Of a DNA stretch of 64,000 nucleotides, positions 50,056 to 58,527 are shown one piece after another (within the stretch, counting starts at the first letter, position 1; each line of letters opens with the position of its first letter). Under the pieces are notes generated by a model. That model was not told where the DNA came from. It saw only the letters and a list, made by a program, of their open reading frames with translations, and ran no database searches. A program made the position numbers and the translations under genes. The stretch is from assembly GCA_947085465.1 (NCBI GenBank), contig CAMTWQ010000047.1, forward strand, positions 3,408 through 67,407. Direction: 5' to 3'. The stretch comes from an uncultured Alphaproteobacteria bacterium (GTDB lineage Bacteria > Pseudomonadota > Alphaproteobacteria > UBA11222).

Positions 50056-51125
50056 TGACGGTGCGCGGCATCCGTGCGCGGCGCGCAGCGTTAGATATTT
50101 GGCCGGGCTTTGTTGATGCGCTGGCCAACCTGCTGCTGGTTGTCACGTTTGTGCTGTCCGTATTTATTCTGGCGCATTTTTATCTTTCGCAAGCATTGTC
50201 TGGACGTGATGACGCCCTGCGCGAACTCAATCGCAAGGCGCGGGATCTGGCGGAATTACTGGCGCTGGAAAAACAGGCGGGCGGCGAAATGCGCAGCGAG
50301 GTGGCGCGGCTTTCCGCCGCATTGCAAAACACCACCCGCGATCTGGATGCGCGCAGCGCCAAAATCGCCGAAACGGATCTAACCATTGCCCGCTTGCGCG
50401 ATCTTGTTCTGCAACGCGAAGGCGGTATCGCGGCCCTGGAAAAAGATATCGGCGCGGCACGCGGGGCGCTTTCCTCAGAAAAAGCAATCTCCAGCGCCGC
50501 CACCGCGCAAATCGTGCTGCTAAACGAACAGATTGCAGAATTGCGCGCACAGCTCTCGCGGGTAGAAGCCTCGCTGGATGCTGCTGAAATCAAGGACACC
50601 AGCAATCAGGTGATTATCGCCGAGCTTGGCGCGCGCCTGAACCAGGCTCTGGCCGCGAAGGTTGAAGAACTGGCGCGCTACAGATCGGATTTTTTTGGCC
50701 GCTTGAGGGACGTGTTGAGCAATACGCCAGGCGTGCGGGTCGAGGGCGACCGTTTTGTATTTCAATCGGAAGTGCTGTTCGCCTCCGGCTCGGCGGATAT
50801 TGGCGAGGCGGGAAAGCTTCAATTGCAAAAAGTTGCGGCAGCCTTGCTCGAAGTCGCGCCGCAAATTCCCGGCGAACTGAAATGGGTGTTGCGCGTTGAT
50901 GGGCATACGGACACGGTGCCGATTGTGACGCAACGCTTTCCGTCCAATTGGGAATTGTCGGCGGGGCGCGCAATTTCGGTAGTGAATTTTTTCATTGCTG
51001 AAGGCGTGCCGTCAAACCGGCTGGCGGCGGCGGGCTTTGGCGAGTTTCAACCGCTTGAGCCTGGCGATAACGAGGCGGCGCGCAACCGCAACCGCCGCAT
51101 CGAGCTAAAACTCACCGAGCGCTGA
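50055..51125 (+). CDS. MotB-like protein: N-terminal TM with conserved Asp, ~190-aa periplasmic coiled coil, C-terminal OmpA/MotB peptidoglycan-binding domain
   Basis: TM WPGFVDALANLLLVVTFVL parallels the MotB WKIAYADFMTAMMAFF proton-relay segment. The OmpA motif is GHTDTVPI...NWELSAGRAISVVNF...NRNRRIELKL. Start overlaps the upstream stop (TGATG). Confidence 0.75.
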   Translation: MTVRGIRARRAALDIWPGFVDALANLLLVVTFVLSVFILAHFYLSQALSGRDDALRELNRKARDLAELLALEKQAGGEMRSEVARLSAALQNTTRDLDARSAKIAETDLTIARLRDLVLQREGGIAALEKDIGAARGALSSEKAISSAATAQIVLLNEQIAELRAQLSRVEASLDAAEIKDTSNQVIIAELGARLNQALAAKVEELARYRSDFFGRLRDVLSNTPGVRVEGDRFVFQSEVLFASGSADIGEAGKLQLQKVAAALLEVAPQIPGELKWVLRVDGHTDTVPIVTQRFPSNWELSAGRAISVVNFFIAEGVPSNRLAAAGFGEFQPLEPGDNEAARNRNRRIELKLTER

Positions 51126-51875
51126 ACCTGTTTGTTTTAGCAGCAGCACGACATATAGCCCAGCGGCAAGCGCCGGACCGAATGGAAATTCAGCCGCCAG
51201 AGCATGATCTGGCTTCCTGCCCACCCGCCAGCCCAGCGCAAACACAATGCCAAAAACTCCTGACAGCATCATGAAGCTGGCAAGGCCGGCGGTCCCGCAC
51301 CAGATTCCCGCCATGGCGAAAAATTTAACATCCCCAAGCCCCAGCGCCTCGCGGCCCTTGAGGCGCGTAAATATGAAGCGCAATCCCAACGCAACGCCTG
51401 CCGCGATTGCCGCGCCGCCTGCCGCATCCATCCACTCAGGAAACCGGTAAGCGCCGCCAAGCAGCGCCAAAGCCATCAGCACTGCGTCGGGAATGATCAT
51501 AAATTCGAGATCAACCGCAATCACCACCAGCAGGCCGGCAGCCAGCAGCGCCAGCAACACCGCATCCAAACCAGGCCCCGCCGCCATGACGGCCAGCATG
51601 CTTGAGGCCGCCGCCGCAAGCTCAATCAGAGGATATCGCCGCCCAATGTTCGCGCCGCATTGCGCGCAACGGCCTCGGTTCCAGAGATAAGATAACAAGG
51701 GAGCCAAATCGCGCGCGCGCAAAGGCTTTGCGCAAGCAGGACAACAAGAGCGGCCAGCAATTACCGGCAAGCCGCGCGGCAGCCGGTAGGCGAGCAGGCT
51801 GGCGAAGCTTCCCATGCACAGACCAAAAAGCGCGGCTATTCCGGTCAGCAGCCAATCCGGCATCTCCGCCAGCAT
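51105..51875 (-). CDS. A24-family prepilin peptidase (PilD/GspO-type with N-terminal zinc-binding domain)
   Basis: CPACAKPL...RCAQCG tetra-Cys motif, catalytic Asp contexts (DLEFMIIPD ... GLGDVKF), polytopic membrane protein. Confidence 0.85.
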   Translation of the reverse strand: MLAEMPDWLLTGIAALFGLCMGSFASLLAYRLPRGLPVIAGRSCCPACAKPLRARDLAPLLSYLWNRGRCAQCGANIGRRYPLIELAAAASSMLAVMAAGPGLDAVLLALLAAGLLVVIAVDLEFMIIPDAVLMALALLGGAYRFPEWMDAAGGAAIAAGVALGLRFIFTRLKGREALGLGDVKFFAMAGIWCGTAGLASFMMLSGVFGIVFALGWRVGRKPDHALAAEFPFGPALAAGLYVVLLLKQTGSALGEF

Positions 51876-51884
51876 CGCGCGCTG

Positions 51885-52895
51885 CTACCGGCGCAATTGG
51901 TTGGTGAGAAGCGATACTTTCTCCGTCAGCCATGGCCGGATGCCGCCCGCGTCATGTTGATCCGCTGCAATATACAGCGCAGCGCCAAGCACTGAGACGC
52001 ATGACACCAACACCATTGTAGTGATCAATGCGGACGCCGGACGCCGCCACCAGCCGACCGGCAACTGATGCGAGCGGCGCAAACTTAATTGCCGGGCTTC
52101 TTTCACCGCCGCGCGCACATGTTTGGGCAGCACTTGCATGGCGCCTTCGGCATAGGCGGCAAGCAAGGACTTGTCTCCCAGAATATTCATCCAGCGCGGA
52201 TTGCCCCTGCCTGCCCGCGCCAGGGCCTCCAGCGCATTATCCGCGAATACTTCCATGGCGGCGTCTGGATTGCGGCTAGCCATCTTTACCCGGTAACGGG
52301 CATAGGCAGTGGCTTCTGAATCGGACAGCGGCTTCAATCCGAACGAAAAATTGATGCGCTGGGCAACCTGGCGCAAATCATGCCGCTGCAAAAGATTGTC
52401 GAGTTCCGGCTGTCCAAATAAAACGATTTGCAGCAACTTGCGTTTTTCGGTTTCTAGATTTGACAGCAGCCGGATCGATTCCAGGCCCGTTTCACCCAGC
52501 GCTTGCGCTTCGTCAACAAGCACCACCGCATTCACGCCGTCGGCGTGTTTTTGAATCAAGAAACGGTTCAGGCAATCATAAATATCCGCCGCTGATCCAA
52601 CATCCAATCCAAATTCGCGGCAAATGGCGCGCGCCACCCACTCGGCGTCATTGCGCGGATTATTCAGATAAGCGATCACAACATCATTGCCAGCCGCACT
52701 CAGCAGCATCCGGCACAGCAGCGTTTTCCCCGTGCCGACCTCGCCCGACACCTTGACGATGCCCTCGCCGCGCAAGATGGCGTAGCGCACTGACTCATAA
52801 ACTTCCTGATGCACCATTCCCGGAAAATACAGCCCCGTGTCAGGCGTCAGGGAAAACGGATGTTCGGCAAGATTAAAATGCGTCAAATAAGGCAT
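51885..52895 (-). CDS. ExeA/GspA/MshM-like AAA+ ATPase with C-terminal TM anchor
   Basis: Walker A GEVGTGKT and Walker B VVLVDEAQ; the typical ExeA-family N-terminus (FNLAEHPFSLTPDTGLYF); C-terminal TM ALITTMVLVSCVSVLGAAL. Confidence 0.8.
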   Translation of the reverse strand: MPYLTHFNLAEHPFSLTPDTGLYFPGMVHQEVYESVRYAILRGEGIVKVSGEVGTGKTLLCRMLLSAAGNDVVIAYLNNPRNDAEWVARAICREFGLDVGSAADIYDCLNRFLIQKHADGVNAVVLVDEAQALGETGLESIRLLSNLETEKRKLLQIVLFGQPELDNLLQRHDLRQVAQRINFSFGLKPLSDSEATAYARYRVKMASRNPDAAMEVFADNALEALARAGRGNPRWMNILGDKSLLAAYAEGAMQVLPKHVRAAVKEARQLSLRRSHQLPVGWWRRPASALITTMVLVSCVSVLGAALYIAADQHDAGGIRPWLTEKVSLLTNQLRR

Positions 52896-52896
52896 A

Positions 52897-54159
52897 TTAT
52901 TTCACCGTTAGAAACGCCATGCGCTGGCGCACGGTTTCTACTGGAATTTGCGCATCCTGTGCGCGGGTGGCGAGATCAAGGCATTGTGCGTAAAACCGCA
53001 ACGCCGTCTCCGGCTGGCCCCATTTGTCGTAAACCACCGCCAGATTGAAAGCATATTTCGCGTTGCGCGGTTCAAGCGCCACAGCGCGTTCCAGATGCCG
53101 CGCGGCGGGCTCATATTCTCCGCGCGCCAGATGCAGCATCCCGACTTGCGCTGGCACCAGCGCATTTTGCGGATTCAGCCTTATCAGGCGCTGCAACTGC
53201 TCCAGCGCTTGCGTGGAGTTTTGCGTGGAGAGCAGCGCAAGTAAATTCGTCAACGCCCACTCGTCGCCGGGATACGCCGCCAGCACCGCCTCAAAGGCGG
53301 CTAGCGCTTGTTGCGTGCGCTGCATTTTTTGCAGCGCCGCCGCCCGGCCGAGCAAGGCAAGCCGGTCATTTGGGTCATCCCGCAAAATTTGCGCGTAAAT
53401 ATGTTCCGCCTGCGCCGGTTCCCCACCCTCAAGCAGGCGCAACGCATTTTCATAGCGCGCCCGTGCCATATCTGTGTCGTTGGTGATTTGCATGCCAGGA
53501 CGCTCCTGCGCCAGCGCCGCAGCATCGCCCTCATGCTTTAGATCGACCGGCGGGCCGAGGGCAGCCATTTCACGCCCGGCCAATTGCGCATCGACGAATT
53601 TTTCCACACCCGCATCGCTGACATGTTTTGGCGCACGCACGGGTGGCGGTTCAGATGGCGCGCTATCCGCGCCAATACGTTGTGGCGGCTGAACAGGCTC
53701 AGGCGGAACGGTATCAGGTTCAGCAGGCGCCACCGGCGCACTTTCTGCACTTTGATCGGGGGAGATGGCTTCACTAGGCGGCAAACTCTCCACGGCCTCC
53801 GGCTGAACTTCCGGCGCAACTGCTTCAGAGGGCGTTGCCGCTGCGGGTTCGGGTAGCTGCGCCAGTTGCGGCGGCAAAGGTTCTAGCGGCGCCTCGGGCA
53901 TCAATAACAGCCCGGCGGATATGATCCCTGTAACCCCTACCAGGGACAGTAATATCCAGCGGCTCATGCGTCCGCCGGGGGCGCTGCTTTTGCTGGAGGA
54001 AAGTGTGTGCGGCGTCATGCGCCCGGCAACAGACGGCGCCGCGCCTGGCGCGGTTACGCTCGCAGCCTGCCCCAGCGCCCCAGATGATTTTAGGGGGGCC
54101 TGAGCGCCCTTTTCGCGCTGCTGCGTCGCCTGGGTAAGCGCCTTGTAAAGCAGGCTCAT
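52897..54159 (-). CDS. TPR-repeat membrane protein (MshN-like)
   Basis: Cytoplasmic N-terminus, one TM (WILLSLVGVTGIISAGLLL), a Pro/Glu-rich periplasmic linker and C-terminal TPR repeats. A 1-nt gap separates it from the ATPase gene. Confidence 0.65.
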   Translation of the reverse strand: MSLLYKALTQATQQREKGAQAPLKSSGALGQAASVTAPGAAPSVAGRMTPHTLSSSKSSAPGGRMSRWILLSLVGVTGIISAGLLLMPEAPLEPLPPQLAQLPEPAAATPSEAVAPEVQPEAVESLPPSEAISPDQSAESAPVAPAEPDTVPPEPVQPPQRIGADSAPSEPPPVRAPKHVSDAGVEKFVDAQLAGREMAALGPPVDLKHEGDAAALAQERPGMQITNDTDMARARYENALRLLEGGEPAQAEHIYAQILRDDPNDRLALLGRAAALQKMQRTQQALAAFEAVLAAYPGDEWALTNLLALLSTQNSTQALEQLQRLIRLNPQNALVPAQVGMLHLARGEYEPAARHLERAVALEPRNAKYAFNLAVVYDKWGQPETALRFYAQCLDLATRAQDAQIPVETVRQRMAFLTVK

Positions 54160-54256
54160 TCCTGATTCCCGCCCGATCCTATGCTTGCGCTTTGCTCAAG
54201 CGCCTGATTCGCGTGCCATTAATACATGAACCGTTCGGCCAGGATGCGCAAGAGCA

Positions 54257-56197
54257 TCAGGCATGCCAACGCTGCTTCCAGGCCTGAAACATCAGCACAT
54301 TCCAGATCAGATAGGGGCTTTCGCTGCCTGCTTGCAGCCGTCGCCAGGCCGTGTGCACCGCCTTGGCGTTAAAGAACCCGTCCGCTTCCAGCGCTTGCGG
54401 CGCCAGCAACGCCTCGGCCCAGCCCCTGAGCGGACCACACAGCCATTGCTGCAAGGGAATGCCAAAACCGGCCTTTGGCCGGGCCATCAAATGGCGCGGC
54501 ACATAAGCGTCGAGTATTTGCCGCAATATCCATTTGCCCTCTCCGCCACGCAATTTCATCGATAATGGCAGCGTCCAGGCAAATTCAATCAACCGGTGAT
54601 CGAGCAACGGCTCGCGCGCCTCCAGGCTCACCGACATGCTCGCCCTGTCCAGCTTGGTCATGATATCGCCTGGCAGATAGGCCAGCATGTCATGAAACTG
54701 CATTTGCGGCACAAAAGGCCCGGTTTGCAGCGCCACCGCCGGTTGTGCGGGCAGGCGCTCATTGGCTTCATGGCCGCCTGCGAAAAGACGGTGCGGGCGG
54801 TCCCCCTGCAACAACAGCAGCTGATACATTTCCATCGGGTTACGCGCACCGAGCGCGCGCGCGAGCTTATGCACCTTGTCGCCCACTTGCCGGGGACGAA
54901 AGGCGGCAGGAACCATTTGCGCCGCCTTGTCCCATACGCCAACCGGAACGCCTCGCAACGCCGCCATCAGCGCACGGCGCATTGGCAAGGGTATCGGGCC
55001 CACCGCGCGCCAGATGCGATCAAACCACACATACCGATTATAGCCCGCGAACAGCTCGTCGCCGCCATCGCCCGATAACGCGACAGTCACATGCTTGCGG
55101 GTGATCGCAGAGACAAGATGGGTAGGCAATTGCGAGGAGTCGGCAAACGGCTCGTCATACATATCCGGCAATTTCGGAACCAGCGCCAGCGCATCGGCTG
55201 CGGCAAAGTAATGCTCGGCATGCTCAGTCCCCAGATGCGCAGCGACTTTGCGCGCATGCGCCGCCTCATCAAAACCATCTTCTGAAAATCCAATGGTAAA
55301 GGTGCGGATGGGGCGTGTGCTTTGCGCCTGCATCAGGGCTGTGACCAGGCTCGAGTCAATGCCGCCGGATAAAAACGCGCCTAGCGGCACATCGGCCACC
55401 ATGCGCCGCTTCACCGCATCCTTAAGCAAGGCCTCTAGCTGCATGATTGCTTCGCGATCATCCATTCTTGCGGCGGCGGCGCCATTGCGCGCCACTTCCG
55501 CCATGGACCAATAAACGCGCTGTGTGATGCGCCCGCCCGCATCCAATGTCAGTATGGTTGCGGGTTCAAGCTTATGCACCGCCTGATAGATGCTGTTAGG
55601 CGCCTGAATATAGGAATAGGCCAGCAGATCGCCAATTGCATCCCGGTCAATTTGCGGACGCCAGCCGTCAAAGGCGTGCAACGCCTTTAACTCCGATCCA
55701 AACAGAAACAAATTATCCGTGTACGTCCAGTATAGCGGCTTAACGCCGATCCGGTCTCGTATCAGGCTGAGCGCATGCTCCTGATTATCCCACACCGCAA
55801 TGGCGAACATGCCAAGCAGCTTGTGCACCATGGCCTCGACGCCCCAGCAGGCAAAGCCTTCGAGGATAACCTCGGTGTCGGAATGGCCGCGAAAAAGCGC
55901 GCCGCGTTTTTCTAATTCCTGCCGCAATTCGGTAAAATTATACACCTCGCCATTATAGGCGATGATGAAGCGCCCATTCGCAGAACGCATGGGCTGCGCG
56001 CCAAGCGGCGAAAGATCAATGATCGACAGCCGCCGATGCCCGATGCCCACGCCCTGGCTGGCGTCGGCCCACACGCCGCCATCATCCGGCCCGCGATGCA
56101 ACAGACGGTCAGCCATGCGGCGCGCCTGATCCTGGAGCTGATCAAACCCTGCGCTGCGGCCCCGGCGGCGGTCAACAAAACCGGCTAGTCCGCACAT
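54257..56197 (-). CDS. asnB: asparagine synthase (glutamine-hydrolysing) family amidotransferase
   Basis: Start MCGLAGF (Cys2 nucleophile after Met removal) and a synthetase-domain SGGIDSS PP-loop; 646 aa. Start set at the ATG at 56197. Confidence 0.88.
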   Translation of the reverse strand: MCGLAGFVDRRRGRSAGFDQLQDQARRMADRLLHRGPDDGGVWADASQGVGIGHRRLSIIDLSPLGAQPMRSANGRFIIAYNGEVYNFTELRQELEKRGALFRGHSDTEVILEGFACWGVEAMVHKLLGMFAIAVWDNQEHALSLIRDRIGVKPLYWTYTDNLFLFGSELKALHAFDGWRPQIDRDAIGDLLAYSYIQAPNSIYQAVHKLEPATILTLDAGGRITQRVYWSMAEVARNGAAAARMDDREAIMQLEALLKDAVKRRMVADVPLGAFLSGGIDSSLVTALMQAQSTRPIRTFTIGFSEDGFDEAAHARKVAAHLGTEHAEHYFAAADALALVPKLPDMYDEPFADSSQLPTHLVSAITRKHVTVALSGDGGDELFAGYNRYVWFDRIWRAVGPIPLPMRRALMAALRGVPVGVWDKAAQMVPAAFRPRQVGDKVHKLARALGARNPMEMYQLLLLQGDRPHRLFAGGHEANERLPAQPAVALQTGPFVPQMQFHDMLAYLPGDIMTKLDRASMSVSLEAREPLLDHRLIEFAWTLPLSMKLRGGEGKWILRQILDAYVPRHLMARPKAGFGIPLQQWLCGPLRGWAEALLAPQALEADGFFNAKAVHTAWRRLQAGSESPYLIWNVLMFQAWKQRWHA

Positions 56198-56284
56198 TTT
56201 ATCTTGTGCATGTAAGTTCCAATTGATTCCGCGCGTGAGAGTAGGCCAACCAGTGGCCAACCGCTATAGTAGCAACTAGAGCAG

Positions 56285-56420
56285 CCTGCGATTGGCTTGC
56301 GAGAATTAAATAGGGTCAGACTCGATTTAGGATAATGCCAGATATGACAGCAAGTTAAGAAATTAAATCGAGTCTGACCCTATTTAATTCTTGACCCTAT
56401 TTAATTCTCAAGGTGCACCT
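56285..56420. repeat. AT-rich palindromic MITE-like element (left copy)
   Basis: A ctagagcagcctgcgatt head, then a perfect 22-bp inverted repeat aaatagggtcagactcgattta / taaatcgagtctgaccctattt around a 32-nt loop, then an aattcttgaccctatttaatt tail. Confidence 0.7.
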
Positions 56421-57542
56421 GTGACAGGCTCTAAACCGGATGAAAGCCAGCAGAACGGCGTTACCCCTCAATTCTGGGCGGGGAAGCGGGTGCTGCTGAC
56501 CGGGCATACGGGATTTAAGGGAAGCTGGCTGTCGATCTGGCTCGCCAAAATGGGGGCGGAGATATTTGGCTATGCCCTTGCCCCCGAGCATCCCGAAGAT
56601 ATGTTTGCAGCCCTTGATCTTCCGGCGCTGCTGCCGCAATTGCGTCATCGCATCGGCGATGTGCGCGATCTGGGCGCTTTGACAGAGCTTGTGCGCGAAG
56701 CGCGGCCAGAAATAATCATTCACATGGCGGCGCAGCCATTGGTGCGGCGCTCCTACCGGCTGCCCATAGAGACCTTTGCAGTGAACGCCATGGGCACGGC
56801 GCATGTGCTGGAGGCAGCCCGCACTTTTGACGGTGTCAGCGCCATTGTCATCGTCACCACTGACAAAGTGTATGAAAATCTTGGCCATGACCTGGCCTAT
56901 GGCGAGGGCGACCGGCTGGGCGGGCATGACCCCTACAGCGCCAGCAAGGCGATGGCCGAGATGGTCACCAGCGCCTACCGCCGCTCGTTTTTCAGCACCG
57001 GCGTCCCAGGGGGCCTTCCGGCCACGGCCACGGCGCGCGCCGGCAATGTGATCGGCGGCGGCGACTGGAGCGAGGATAGGCTGATCCCCGACGCCATGCG
57101 CGCCTGGCGCAAAGGCGGGGAATTGATCCTGCGCAATCCCCATGCGAACCGGCCTTGGCAGCATGTGATCGATCCATTGCGCGGTTATCTGATGCTGGCG
57201 CAAGCGCTGGTTAAAGATGGCCCGCGCTATGCCCAGGCATGGAATTTTGGCCCTGAAATGCGCGCCGTTTACGAGGTGCAGGAAGTCATCACCCGCCTGG
57301 CGGACGTCATGCGCGCGCGCGGCCTGGATGCGCAATGGCGCGTTGAGGCGCAACCCGGCCAGCCACACGAAGCCATGCTGCTGCAACTGGATTGCCGCAA
57401 GGCGCGCGAGGAATTGCAGTGGCGCTCAATGCTTGATCTTGATGCAGCCCTTTCACACACCGCCGCGTGGTATCACGCGCAAATCAGCGGCGCCTCTGCG
57501 CAGGCGCTGTGCGAGCTCACGCTCCAGCAAATTGAGAATTAA
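56421..57542 (+). CDS. rfbG: CDP-glucose 4,6-dehydratase-like NAD-dependent epimerase/dehydratase
   Basis: VLLTGHTGFKGSWLSIWL Rossmann/RfbG-type N-terminus, TDKVYEN and YSASK catalytic motifs. Probable GTG start at 56421; the ORF-track TTG at 56391 lies inside the repeat. The stop TAA lies inside the right repeat copy. Confidence 0.8.
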   Translation: MTGSKPDESQQNGVTPQFWAGKRVLLTGHTGFKGSWLSIWLAKMGAEIFGYALAPEHPEDMFAALDLPALLPQLRHRIGDVRDLGALTELVREARPEIIIHMAAQPLVRRSYRLPIETFAVNAMGTAHVLEAARTFDGVSAIVIVTTDKVYENLGHDLAYGEGDRLGGHDPYSASKAMAEMVTSAYRRSFFSTGVPGGLPATATARAGNVIGGGDWSEDRLIPDAMRAWRKGGELILRNPHANRPWQHVIDPLRGYLMLAQALVKDGPRYAQAWNFGPEMRAVYEVQEVITRLADVMRARGLDAQWRVEAQPGQPHEAMLLQLDCRKAREELQWRSMLDLDAALSHTAAWYHAQISGASAQALCELTLQQIEN

Positions 57543-57636
57543 ATAGGGTCAAGAATTAAATAGGGTCAGACTCGATTTAGGATAATGCCAGATATGACAG
57601 CAAGTTAAGAAATTAAATCGAGTCTGACCCTATTTC
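57534..57636. repeat. AT-rich palindromic MITE-like element (right copy, direct repeat of the 56313-56394 core)
   Basis: Same core hairpin and loop as the left copy; the tail is relocated to the 5' side. Confidence 0.7.
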
Positions 57637-57683
57637 TTTCTATGCTTAATCTTTTCCTCGCCGCCCAAAGCAATTTCCTGCAA

Positions 57684-58064
57684 TCACGCGGCTTTCTTGC
57701 CGCGCGTGGGGCGAATGAGAATTTCGGCTGGCAGACCAAGTTCTTCATGCAATCGGCGAATCATGGCGATAGACAGGTTGCGTTTGCGGTTCAGAACCTC
57801 TGTTACGCGCGCGCGCGTACCAATGATAGGCTCCAGATCCTTGCGGGTCAGGCCCAGTTGCTCCATGCGGAATTTGATGGCGTCGATGGGGTCGGGCGGG
57901 TCCATCGGGTAATGTTCCGCCTCATAGACATCGACCAATGTCGCCAATATGTCGAGACGATCTCCCGCCGCAGTTCCGCTTTTTGCGCCCCAAAGCTTCT
58001 TGAGGCTAGTTAATGCCCGTTTATAGTCCGCCTCCGAGCGGATCGGTTTTAGTTCAGCCGTCAT
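57684..58064 (-). CDS. higA: HigA-family antitoxin / XRE-type HTH protein
   Basis: C-terminal HTH (LGLTRKDLEPIIGTRARVTEVLNRKRNLSIAMIRRLHEELGL). Overlaps the upstream toxin gene by 11 nt. Confidence 0.72.
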   Translation of the reverse strand: MTAELKPIRSEADYKRALTSLKKLWGAKSGTAAGDRLDILATLVDVYEAEHYPMDPPDPIDAIKFRMEQLGLTRKDLEPIIGTRARVTEVLNRKRNLSIAMIRRLHEELGLPAEILIRPTRGKKAA

Positions 58065-58377
58065 ATTCCACCTTTGTTACGTCAATCCGGTCATAGGACT
58101 TGTGCGAGCCAATCCATTTTATCCAGACGATGCGTTTCTCAAAATCAACAGCCACCACCAGCCGGTAGGCGTTGCCTTTAATGTTGAATACAATCCGCCC
58201 GGCATTTATAACGCTTGCCGTTGCATAAAGGCGCTTGACCTCGGACATATTCTCCCAGTTCGCTTTTTTCACTTCATCGAACCAGGCATCCAGCGCGGCC
58301 TTGACCGCCGGACGATCTTTATGCCCGGTCAGCGATTTGATAAAATCCTGTAAAGTCCGCCGGGCAATAATCCGCAT
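58054..58377 (-). CDS. higB: HigB-family (RelE/ParE superfamily) toxin
   Basis: RIVFNIKGNAYRLVVAVDFEKRIVWIKWIGSHKSYDRID matches the HigB-toxin fold signature (from memory). The toxin precedes the antitoxin, as in higBA. Start at the ATG at 58377. Confidence 0.72.
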   Translation of the reverse strand: MRIIARRTLQDFIKSLTGHKDRPAVKAALDAWFDEVKKANWENMSEVKRLYATASVINAGRIVFNIKGNAYRLVVAVDFEKRIVWIKWIGSHKSYDRIDVTKVEYDG

Positions 58378-58527
58378 CGGACAAATATAGCTTGCACCCA
58401 TTTTGGGCGCAAGGGAAATAAGGTTCCGCCAGAATGAATTTGCGGGTATTCGCCAGCCCCCTACGTTTGCTGCGCAAGCTTCGGAGGACGCTCAGTTTTG
58501 CAACGGTTAAAGGGGGGGTTAAAGGGT

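Noticed and set aside
48829-51125. Zorya (ZorAB) anti-phage system
   Set aside because: The channel and MotB-like proteins fit, but no ZorC/ZorD/ZorE-like genes follow. Downstream is a convergent prepilin-peptidase gene, and the channel tail (~170 aa) is much shorter than a ZorA tail. Kept as a generic stator-like module instead.
54-57636. CRISPR array
   Set aside because: The repeats are palindromic TIR elements scattered singly or in pairs across 57 kb, not regularly spaced direct repeats with unique spacers. No cas genes are present.
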